Of a stretch of DNA of 64,000 nt, positions 29,003 through 38,377 are shown piece after piece (within the stretch, counting starts at the first letter, position 1; each line of letters opens with the position of its first letter). Position numbers and translations under genes: made by a program. A model generated the notes under the pieces. The model did no database searches, was not told where the DNA came from, and saw nothing but the letters and a program-made list of their open reading frames with translations. Source of the DNA: Thermoplasmata archaeon (GTDB taxonomy: Archaea; Thermoplasmatota; Thermoplasmata; RBG-16-68-12; SOIM01); the NCBI GenBank assembly GCA_023140195.1, contig JAGLME010000032.1, forward strand, positions 52,220-116,219, written 5' to 3'.

Positions 29003-29139
29003 CCAAAGGTTCACGACCCCCGAAGGGGCTAAGCTTCCCGTGGGCTCGCGCACCACAGTACCGCAGAGAACGTAGGCGGGCTTAACTTCTGGGTTCGGGA
29101 TGAGACCAGGTGTATCCCCACCGCTATGGCCGTCATACC
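29003..29139 (-). rRNA. rrf: 5S ribosomal RNA, isolated and not linked to 16S/23S. Ends are approximate.
   Basis: The minus-strand sequence aligns to archaeal 5S from loop A through GGGAAGC (GGCCATAGCGGTGGGGATACACCTGGTCTCATCCCGAACCCAGAAGTTAAGCCCGCC...GGTACTGTGGTGCGCGAGCCCACGGGAAGC). The 3'-terminal portion is atypical and contains a CCCCUUCGGGGG hairpin. Confidence 0.75.
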
Positions 29140-29210
29140 ACTTTAACGTTCAAAGGACTAATGGCTATAAAGATTTTGCGATGTCAGGAACAAGGATTCA
29201 GCCGATTCAC

Positions 29211-30131
29211 CTAGGTTATTGCCAACACAAGCCCCAAGATCAGGTTCCCTATGAAGAACGATATCAGAAGACCGAGGAGCATCGGAACCATGAAAGGTAG
29301 CTGCGGTGTCGCCCATGCTTCATCCCGGCCAAATGCAATCAGTGTCTGGATCTCCCCCTCTTTGTCGCCTCTCCTTTTCGGGAAGACGCTTGTCTCCACT
29401 CTTTCATTGCGCACTCGCTCCATCAGCCAAGCGAACTTGGGAAAATCGGCCAGACCTGCCTTGTACCCGAACAGGCACTGAGGGAACTCAAGATTCCCCT
29501 TTCGGGCGTTGATGACCAGGAATACCAGTGGTGCGAAGACGATCAATATGGCCGCGTTCATCAGGATCACCAAGGAGAACGGAAAGACGATTTCCATGAA
29601 ACTCCCGGCTGGAAATCCCATTTCAATGATTGGAAATCCGAGGAACGCAGGATAGAATGGGGCAAGTACTGCCAGGGACATCAGGGCCTTGGCATCGGCA
29701 CCGCCTTTCAGCAGCCCTGTCTGGAAGAATATGTGGGCAACGATGATCATCGCTGGTATGGTTAAGAGGCGGAGGAAAAGCTCCATTTGAGCAGCATCCT
29801 GATGGAGCAAGAACATTTGGACAATGATCACAACCGCCACCGTCCCGTAGAGAATGAACCCGAGCGGAACGAAGTGGAGGCCTTCATCGATTATCGGCTC
29901 GCGTTCGATGTAAACCTCATAGAAGAGTATCCCTGCCGGTAAGAAGATCAGGAAGTGGACCCAGGTCGCGTCGGAATGACTAAGAAGGTCCATCCCCAGA
30001 ATCAGGAATCCTAAGGCCCCGAGGGCCATCCAGACCTCGTTCTTAACCCTCCTTGTTCTGACATCGGAATAGGCGGCAAACCCAAAGAAGACAACCCCAA
30101 CAAGAAGTCTCAGGAGGGAGAGAGTCTCCAT
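29211..30131 (-). CDS. Type IV prepilin / preflagellin peptidase (A24 family, FlaK/PibD-like). The internal start METLSLL at 30131 is preferred over the long ORF start at 30314.
   Basis: Catalytic Asp motifs YSDVRTRRVKNEVW (D...RR..N) and GGADAKAL (GxGDxKL-type). About 8 TM helices. Confidence 0.75.
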   Translation of the reverse strand: METLSLLRLLVGVVFFGFAAYSDVRTRRVKNEVWMALGALGFLILGMDLLSHSDATWVHFLIFLPAGILFYEVYIEREPIIDEGLHFVPLGFILYGTVAVVIIVQMFLLHQDAAQMELFLRLLTIPAMIIVAHIFFQTGLLKGGADAKALMSLAVLAPFYPAFLGFPIIEMGFPAGSFMEIVFPFSLVILMNAAILIVFAPLVFLVINARKGNLEFPQCLFGYKAGLADFPKFAWLMERVRNERVETSVFPKRRGDKEGEIQTLIAFGRDEAWATPQLPFMVPMLLGLLISFFIGNLILGLVLAIT

Positions 30132-30154
30132 GTTTCTGTGTACAAAGGGTTCGT

Positions 30155-30161
30155 ATATAAT
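30155..30161. promoter_or_regulatory. TATA-box-like element (TATATAA) in the divergent intergenic region between the A24 peptidase (-) and MscS (+) genes. Possibly bidirectional.
   Basis: AT-rich TATA-like heptamer located 55-60 bp upstream of the MscS ATG (30217) and about 25 bp from the peptidase ATG. Confidence 0.4.
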
Positions 30162-30216
30162 ACTATTGAGATGGCCATTGAGAAGGTTTATTAGTTCTCT
30201 TTCTATTGCCTGCCAC

Positions 30217-31758
30217 ATGTCAAGCAGACTCGCCGTTATTTCGATTCTTGGCATTTTCTTTTTGGCTCTATTCAGTATGAATGCCTTGGCATCAGAACAG
30301 ATTGGCAGCACCAATCTCTACGCTTTTCCTGATGGCGATGTGGATGTGGAGGTCCACCTGGATGAAGAAGTTGTGTATGTTTGGTCGATCTGTAACACCG
30401 GTTCAGAGAGGTATCAAGTCTCGACGTCCGTGAACAACACGGGCGACTTCGATGCCTTCGTCACTCCGACCCATCTCGATTTCCTGCCGGACCAGAGCGA
30501 CGAGGGCTGCAAGGATGTGACCCTGACCGTGAACGCTCCCTCAGAAGGTGAAGAAGAGGTTGTACTTATTGGAGTCGTTTTCAGCACCACCAACCTGGCG
30601 ACATTTGAAGTTTCGAACGAGACAATCTTCACGACCAACAGATTGACTGGTGTGACCCATCCTGCAGATCCCGAAGGGAAGCTCTTCGGCTTTTATGATA
30701 ACTTTCTACCCTCTCCCCTTGACACTTCTTTCTGGGCCTTCATTATCACATTCCTGTTATGGATCGCAATAGCGGGATTCATCGTCGGGCTTGCCAATTT
30801 GATTGCCAGGACCTTTGCACGCGAGACCGAGACAAAGGTCGACGACATGATCGTCGAACTGATGAAGGGCCCCATATTCCTTCTGATAATCTTCTTTGGA
30901 TTTCAATTCTCGATGCCCATCGGTGGATTCGACAGTAGCCAGATACCGTTTCTGGACTCGGTCCTCGGCATGATGTTGACCGGATTGATAACTTGGATTT
31001 CGTATAAGGTCTTCAAAGACATACTCGTTTACTACGGCAAGATACTCTCGGCCAGGACCCAGACCGACCTGGACGACAGGTTGATACCAGTGATCTCGAA
31101 GCTGGGCGGTATGGTGATAATTGTTTTTGGAGTCATCGCAATCTTCGGGTCCTTTGGCTTTGACATAGCCCTGTTCCTCGCTGGTATGGGTTTCTTGGGC
31201 ATTGTTATCGGCTTCGCAGCCAGATCCACTCTTTCGAATTTCTTCGCTGGTATTTTCCTAATGCTGGATCGGCCGTTCAAACCTGGCGATTTGATCGTCA
31301 TTGGATCCGGAGAGGTCTGCAGGGTGGCCTGGGTCGGATTGAGGAGCACCAAGTTGTATCACGTTTCCAGCCATCAGATGATCACCCTTCCGAACAACAT
31401 GCTGGCCGAAGAGAAGGTCATTAACATAACCCAACCCGACGAGAGGTTCAGGACCAAGGTCGAGATTGGCGTTGCTTATGGAACGGACCTGGACCATGTG
31501 AAGAAGACTCTGCTTGATGTAGTGAACAGTCATCCGGACGTTCTCAAAGGAGAAGACACGAAGATCCTCTTCCGTGTGCTGGCATTTGCGGACTCGAGCA
31601 TCAACGTCAAGGTGATCTTCTGGGTCAACAAAGTGGAGAACAAGTGGCGGGTAGAGAGCGAACTGAAGGAGATGCTCGACAAGAGGTTCAAGGAGGAACA
31701 CATCGAAATACCATTCCCCCAAAGAGTGGTGTACATGCATCAGGAGACGAAGATGTAG
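30217..31758 (+). CDS. Mechanosensitive channel MscS family with an N-terminal signal peptide and a ~170-aa extracellular beta-sandwich-like domain. The start is at the internal Met (MSSRLAVISILGIFFLALFSMNALA).
   Basis: MscS beta-domain and C-terminus (LMLDRPFKPGDLIVIG...VEIGVAYGTDL). Signal peptide. N-domain with DUF11-like strands (DVTLTVNAPSEGEEEVVLIGVVFS). Confidence 0.85.
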   Translation: MSSRLAVISILGIFFLALFSMNALASEQIGSTNLYAFPDGDVDVEVHLDEEVVYVWSICNTGSERYQVSTSVNNTGDFDAFVTPTHLDFLPDQSDEGCKDVTLTVNAPSEGEEEVVLIGVVFSTTNLATFEVSNETIFTTNRLTGVTHPADPEGKLFGFYDNFLPSPLDTSFWAFIITFLLWIAIAGFIVGLANLIARTFARETETKVDDMIVELMKGPIFLLIIFFGFQFSMPIGGFDSSQIPFLDSVLGMMLTGLITWISYKVFKDILVYYGKILSARTQTDLDDRLIPVISKLGGMVIIVFGVIAIFGSFGFDIALFLAGMGFLGIVIGFAARSTLSNFFAGIFLMLDRPFKPGDLIVIGSGEVCRVAWVGLRSTKLYHVSSHQMITLPNNMLAEEKVINITQPDERFRTKVEIGVAYGTDLDHVKKTLLDVVNSHPDVLKGEDTKILFRVLAFADSSINVKVIFWVNKVENKWRVESELKEMLDKRFKEEHIEIPFPQRVVYMHQETKM

Positions 31759-31771
31759 CCCTCTCGTAGGG

Positions 31772-33670
31772 TTACTTCTCCTTTTTCTTGTTGTCCATCT
31801 TCTTCTGGAGCTTCTTGGCCTGGACCCTCATCCTCCTTTCCTGGTCCAGCTTCTTTTTGAGCTCTTTCTTCTTCAATGAGTCCTGCGTTCTCTCATGCCT
31901 GAGTTTCTCTAGCTCCAGAGGACCCTGTTTGGCATTCCTTCTTTCGCTGAACACGACTCCCAATGTTGTCACCACAACGCTGATGACTATGATCAGGAAA
32001 GCTATGTTGAGGAACTGGTCCTTGTACGGGCTCATCATGTCATAGTAGGAAGTACCTTCTTTGAACGCATTGATGGTGAACGGGAGAGACGCCAGGACGG
32101 CTGCCGCCAAACCTCTCCCCATCATGAGCCAGATGGCGAACTTGTCATCCCTGCTCTCCGGGTGTATCCTGACCGTTATGGAAGTGGTCAGGTAACGAAC
32201 GGCCATCAGCGCCAGGAAAATGAGGACCACTCCGATCAGGAACAGAGTTCCAGTGTTGTTCAAAGCATCCAGTCCTGGGATGATCGTTTCCACATCCATG
32301 TGGCCGCTCAAGGATAAGGTGAAGACCAATCCAAGGAACACAAAGAAGAACGTCCTGACAACGAAAGACAGCTCCGAATGGAACTGTTTTATTCTCTCGT
32401 CAAGAACGAACTTCGTCTTGATTTTGAACATCCTTGCGATCTCATCCTTGTTGCCGAGAACGAGACCGAAGATGAGCGCCGCCATCGCACCACTCCCACC
32501 CACCAGCTCCACAAACCCGTACAGGATGAACAGGGCTGCTATCGTGATCATGAAGGAGAAGGGCTTTCCGTAGAGCCTTTTGAGAATCCTCAGCCAAAAG
32601 ATACCGAAGAACAAGGCGACCAGGAACGCGATGGAGAACCCTGCGAACAGGTTGGTGACCGCTTCTGCTGGATCATCCGTTCCAATGATGAATTCAACAA
32701 GTGCCAAGGCAACTATGATGCAGAGGACATCCGTCAGGACCGCTTCAAGTGTCAGGACCGTCTGAGTCTCCTCGTCCATGGTCATCCGCCTTACCAGCGT
32801 GATGATGACCGCTCCGCTAACGCCACCCAGGACCGCCCCCAAGAGGATGCCGATGATCAATGGATAGCCCAAGATGACGTTCGCCACAAAAGCAACTGAG
32901 ATGACTGTCAGGATGAATCCGACAAGCGTGTGAATGAAAGCGATGTTTATCTTCCTCAGAACCAGGTCGAAGTTGAGGTTGAGTCCACCGTCGAACAGGA
33001 TTATCACCAGAGCCAGTGCGGCGAAGTAGGGCATCACTGTCTCAAGCAGGGCCCTCGGTACCAGTTCGACGCCAAAATAAGCAATCGCGATCGGACCCAG
33101 GATCAGCCCGAGGATTACCAGAATAAGCAGGTCGGGTACTCTGGTCCTCTCGAATATCAGGGTCGCGAAGAAGCCGACGAAAATGATGGCTCCTATTGCC
33201 ATGAAGGCCAGCAGGACGGTGGGAATGTCACTCACTGGCGTGGCCGCGACTATCTCGGTTTCTGTTGATACGACCAGTTCACCGCTCTCATTCGTCGTTT
33301 GGGCAGTCGCATTGAATGTGACGCTCACATTCCCCACCTCTCCGGTTCTGGCGGTTCCGGAATCGACGCGGAGGACTACATCTTCGGTTTCGTAGGGTGG
33401 TAGCTGGAACTGTTCTGTGGATAGGTTGGCGACCATGTTCGGATTATCGGGGATGAGAGTGAGGGTGACGAGATATGTGACATTGTTGGAATTGAGAAGG
33501 GTCCAAGAATAGGTCACGAAGGAGCCCACTTCCGCCTCTTTCTGGAGCGTCTCCTCAATGGACATTATTACGCCGGTGTCTGGTATCGGCTCAAGGGCGG
33601 AAGCATTGGTGGATAAGAATACACAGAATAACACTGCGAAGATCGAGAGTGCTCCCATCAGCCTACGCAT
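31772..33670 (-). CDS. Na+/H+ (cation:proton) antiporter, CPA1/NhaP type, with an N-terminal signal peptide plus an extracellular beta-sandwich-like domain and a C-terminal Lys/Glu-rich coiled tail
   Basis: About 11 TM helices with NhaP-like segments. N-terminus MRRLMGALSIFAVLFCVFLSTNASA followed by a DUF11-like domain. C-terminus LKKKELKKKLDQERRMRVQAKKLQKKMDNKKKEK. TATA box (TTTATAAA) about 30 bp upstream. Confidence 0.85.
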   Translation of the reverse strand: MRRLMGALSIFAVLFCVFLSTNASALEPIPDTGVIMSIEETLQKEAEVGSFVTYSWTLLNSNNVTYLVTLTLIPDNPNMVANLSTEQFQLPPYETEDVVLRVDSGTARTGEVGNVSVTFNATAQTTNESGELVVSTETEIVAATPVSDIPTVLLAFMAIGAIIFVGFFATLIFERTRVPDLLILVILGLILGPIAIAYFGVELVPRALLETVMPYFAALALVIILFDGGLNLNFDLVLRKINIAFIHTLVGFILTVISVAFVANVILGYPLIIGILLGAVLGGVSGAVIITLVRRMTMDEETQTVLTLEAVLTDVLCIIVALALVEFIIGTDDPAEAVTNLFAGFSIAFLVALFFGIFWLRILKRLYGKPFSFMITIAALFILYGFVELVGGSGAMAALIFGLVLGNKDEIARMFKIKTKFVLDERIKQFHSELSFVVRTFFFVFLGLVFTLSLSGHMDVETIIPGLDALNNTGTLFLIGVVLIFLALMAVRYLTTSITVRIHPESRDDKFAIWLMMGRGLAAAVLASLPFTINAFKEGTSYYDMMSPYKDQFLNIAFLIIVISVVVTTLGVVFSERRNAKQGPLELEKLRHERTQDSLKKKELKKKLDQERRMRVQAKKLQKKMDNKKKEK

Positions 33671-33732
33671 TGGCGTGCAAATGAGATGAATGGTTTATAA
33701 ATGTTAGCGAAGCGTGGATTTCTTCAATTCGG

Positions 33733-34608
33733 CTACTTCATTTCCACTTTTCCCTTTTCCAGGAGCGTCTTGAGGGCATCGTCAGCAGCCTTCTCCTTCT
33801 TCTCTTTGCTGTCCAACGCTTTCCGGGTCTCGATGTTCTGCTTCTTTATGATGTCTCTGGCCTGCTTCGCTTCTTCCCTCTTCTCCTTTCTCTTGGAGAG
33901 TATCTTCTCCCTCATCTCCATGGCCCTATTGTGGTAGTAATCCGCCCTTTCTCGGATCGCTGAGAACTCCTCGTGCTTCTTGTTCGACTCAGAAATGAGA
34001 TGTGAGATCTCCTTCACCAGGCCGACTATCTTCTCATGTATGATGTGAGCCTCCTCTGAGAGCTTCACCACCAGTTCATGCTCCGCGTCAGCCTTCTGAA
34101 AGAAGAGGTTGATGGAATCATCCAAGCTCTCAATATCGGTCGAGATCCTCTCCTGCTCCTGGAACAATTTCTCGTATTCCTCGATATCCTTCTTCTTCCT
34201 CTTTATCTCTTCCAGGACGAGGTTCTCGTCCTTAAGCCCCATCGGAACCGTTTCCTGCTTGTTCTGCAGGTTCTCGATATCTGTTCTCATCCTTTCGAGG
34301 TTGGCTCCCAGGTTGCTCCCCATCTCCTTTCTCTTCTTCTTTCTGAACTCGATCAGTTCTTTGCCCTTCTTCTGGCACTCGTTCCTTTCTTTCTTGTGCA
34401 GCCTCATCTCAGCCACAAGCGAGTCCCTCTGCTCCTTCAGGGTCTGCATTTTGTCGCTGATCTCCCTCCTCTCTTGATTCAACGAGTCTCTCCCCTCCCT
34501 GAAGACGTTGGCCTCCTCGTTGAACGCGTCCCTCTTGTCGAGCAGCGAACGGAACTTGATTTCCGCCAGTTCCAACTCAGATTTGCTTCTCTTCCTTACC
34601 ATCCTCAT
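33733..34608 (-). CDS. Archaeal coiled-coil protein (COG1340-like, uncharacterised), translationally coupled to ksgA
   Basis: 291 aa, almost entirely heptad-repeat charged helices. ATGA overlap with the ksgA stop. Confidence 0.6.
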   Translation of the reverse strand: MRMVRKRSKSELELAEIKFRSLLDKRDAFNEEANVFREGRDSLNQERREISDKMQTLKEQRDSLVAEMRLHKKERNECQKKGKELIEFRKKKRKEMGSNLGANLERMRTDIENLQNKQETVPMGLKDENLVLEEIKRKKKDIEEYEKLFQEQERISTDIESLDDSINLFFQKADAEHELVVKLSEEAHIIHEKIVGLVKEISHLISESNKKHEEFSAIRERADYYHNRAMEMREKILSKRKEKREEAKQARDIIKKQNIETRKALDSKEKKEKAADDALKTLLEKGKVEMK

Positions 34609-35471
34609 CTTTCCTTGTCTCGAGCGTTGGAAGTGGTAGAATGATGACCTTTTGCCAAATTAAGCTTTTCCTCTATTATCCGGTTGGACAGTTCACCGAT
34701 CTCCTTAGGGCTCAACTCTTCCACTCTCCTCTGGGAACCCGGAAGTCCTGAAACGAACTGAGCCATCGATTCCTTGGTGTCTGTGAGTCTCCTCCATTCA
34801 AGAATCAGCGAGTTCCGTATCTGCTTTCGCCTATGGGTGAACAGGGCCTTGACGACCTTGAAGAAATGATCTTCGTCAATGGCCTCGAAGGGCGGACGCC
34901 TGGGCTCGATCCTGACAATTGAAGCGTCCACCCTGGGTTCAGGGTAGAACAGGGTCCTCGGGACCGTCTCGAGAATCAAGCAATTGGCCCTGTAAAATGC
35001 GTTGACCGAGAGCCTGGAATAGTCCTTGTCCCCCACAGATGCCACCAAACGTTCAGCGAACTCCTTCTGATACATCAGTATGCCTGAGTCAAAGGGTACC
35101 TCCAGTAGCTTGAAGGTGATGGGCGATGAGATGTTGAACGGGAGGTTTGAGACCACCTTGTCGAATTCCGGCAGGTCGATCTTGAGGATGTCTCCTCTGA
35201 TGATCTCCACATCCTCATATGTTCGCTCGATGTAGTCCGCTGCCGCTGGATCAGCCTCCACCGCAACAACCCTCTTGGCCCTCGTGGAGAGAATGCCAGT
35301 GAGCGTCCCCAGTCCTGGACCTATCTCGAGCACAGTGTCGTTCTTTCCCACCTTGGCGTATTGCACTTGTCTGTTTGCGGTCGCCTCATCACTGAGGAAA
35401 TGCTGGCCCAGTCTCTTGTTGGGAGTCATCCCAAGATCTCTTATCCTGGCTTTGAGTTCAGAAACCTCCAT
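34605..35471 (-). CDS. ksgA: 16S rRNA (adenine1518/1519-N6)-dimethyltransferase KsgA/Dim1. The internal start MEVSELK is preferred.
   Basis: LGQHFL motif, SAM-binding EIGPGLGTLT, and catalytic NLPFNISS. Confidence 0.9.
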   Translation of the reverse strand: MEVSELKARIRDLGMTPNKRLGQHFLSDEATANRQVQYAKVGKNDTVLEIGPGLGTLTGILSTRAKRVVAVEADPAAADYIERTYEDVEIIRGDILKIDLPEFDKVVSNLPFNISSPITFKLLEVPFDSGILMYQKEFAERLVASVGDKDYSRLSVNAFYRANCLILETVPRTLFYPEPRVDASIVRIEPRRPPFEAIDEDHFFKVVKALFTHRRKQIRNSLILEWRRLTDTKESMAQFVSGLPGSQRRVEELSPKEIGELSNRIIEEKLNLAKGHHSTTSNARDKER

Positions 35472-35564
35472 CTTGGCGACATCGATGACTGGCCCTATAA
35501 TAGTTTTTTGGAGATGCGATCCATCCAACAAGTATTATATATCCATGCACCTAATGAAACGAAA

Positions 35565-35846
35565 ATGCTCATCCCTTTCCAGACCAACGAGAGCGGCCCT
35601 GCATGCTGGCTTTTAGGACTTGTTCTCCTTCTTCTCTTGATCGCGCTGGTCATCTTGTTCTTCTATCAGCGATACATAGCCAGCAAGAAGGCGGTGCATC
35701 ACCTCTGTGATTACTGCGGGCACATGGTAACTGCGGTATCAGACTGCCATCATGCCATGGTCAGGGAGAGGTTCCTTCACGGGGTTTGCATGGAATGCAA
35801 GAAGGAATGCAAGCTTGTTTGCGCAAGGTGTAAGAGACCTCTGTAA
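35565..35846 (+). CDS. Small membrane-anchored Cys/His-rich (zinc-ribbon-like) protein, ~93 aa: one TM helix plus a C-terminal CxxC...C..HH...C..C...C..C cluster
   Basis: Internal Met with a TTATATAT box about 25 bp upstream (leaderless geometry). TM helix WLLGLVLLLLLIALVILFFY. C-terminus HHLCDYCGHMVTAVSDCHHAMVRERFLHGVCMECKKECKLVCARCKRPL. The upstream part of the listed ORF overlaps ksgA on the opposite strand and is rejected. Confidence 0.5.
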   Translation: MLIPFQTNESGPACWLLGLVLLLLLIALVILFFYQRYIASKKAVHHLCDYCGHMVTAVSDCHHAMVRERFLHGVCMECKKECKLVCARCKRPL

Positions 35847-35878
35847 GATCAGGTCAGACTCTTGGATTCTCACTTCGT

Positions 35879-36199
35879 TTATGCTGTTGATCTGACGTGA
35901 TCCTGAAAGTTCCGAGCATATTCCTCGAATGTCCCACAGCCATCCTTGCCTGGGCAGAAGAACCTCTTGTACTTGGCGCAGTACAGGCCGTACCACGCAT
36001 CGTAGTCGCAGGTCTGTTCCTCCTGGTCATTGGACTTGGAGAAGAAATCACAAACCTGTCGCCCACCACATAGCACACCATCGACATTGGAGTTGGAGCA
36101 ATGCCCTTCCCCGTAGAAGTATTTGCACATGTCTTCCCATCCCTTTGATAGACGATCCTGGTTATGCGGCGGAGGAGATATAAACCTTCCGAGATTCAT
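35879..36199 (-). CDS. Hypothetical cysteine-rich small protein (106 aa, 10 Cys). Its start overlaps the nusA stop (ATGA).
   Basis: An ORF in the position normally occupied by rps12 downstream of nusA. Cys pattern CKYFYGEGHC...CGGRQVC...CDYDAWYGLYC...FFCPGKDGC. Confidence 0.5.
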   Translation of the reverse strand: MNLGRFISPPPHNQDRLSKGWEDMCKYFYGEGHCSNSNVDGVLCGGRQVCDFFSKSNDQEEQTCDYDAWYGLYCAKYKRFFCPGKDGCGTFEEYARNFQDHVRSTA

Positions 36200-36621
36200 G
36201 CAACACTGACACTGTCGATGTTGTGATGCCGGCTCATCAGCTCCCTCGCAACCTTCAGGTTCTTGGCGTCCCTGCCGATGGCCAAACCCTTCTGGGTGGT
36301 CTCGACAGATACCGTTGCATGAAGACCCTTTTCCCTCTTCTCGATCTCCACGCTCTTTATGTTGTATGACCTGAAAATGTTCCTCAAGAACTGCTCTGGC
36401 ATGGAGGAATACTCTATGATCTTGATTTCCTTATGGATCATTTCCCTGAGCTTCGCAACGTTCTTCCCGCCTTTGCCAATCGCCTTCCCGCCTTCTCCTT
36501 CTTTGACTACAAAAACGAGCTTCTCAGGGGTCTCCAGGAGGTCTTTAGCTGTGGACCTAGTCACCCTTTGGAACAAGCCGATGATTCTAAGGGTGTCCTC
36601 ATTGAAACTGATGTCTGTCAT
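36196..36621 (-). CDS. nusA: Archaeal NusA-like KH-domain transcription termination/antitermination protein. The internal start MTDISFNEDTLRII is preferred.
   Basis: Two KH motifs (VVKEGEGGKAIGKGGKNVAKLRE; GLAIGRDAKNLKVAREL). Conserved position after L30e. Confidence 0.8.
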   Translation of the reverse strand: MTDISFNEDTLRIIGLFQRVTRSTAKDLLETPEKLVFVVKEGEGGKAIGKGGKNVAKLREMIHKEIKIIEYSSMPEQFLRNIFRSYNIKSVEIEKREKGLHATVSVETTQKGLAIGRDAKNLKVARELMSRHHNIDSVSVA

Positions 36622-36629
36622 TGGGCATC

Positions 36630-38377
<1,748 letters not shown>

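Noticed and set aside
29211-30314. Long form of the A24 peptidase ORF with a 61-aa N-terminal extension
   Set aside because: The extension would delete the intergenic promoter shared with the divergent MscS gene. The internal Met (METLSLL) directly precedes the first TM helix, as in FlaK/PibD.
35361-35564. Upstream portion of the plus-strand ORF 35361..35846
   Set aside because: It overlaps the ksgA coding region on the opposite strand. A TATA-like box and an internal Met at 35565 give a more plausible short membrane protein.
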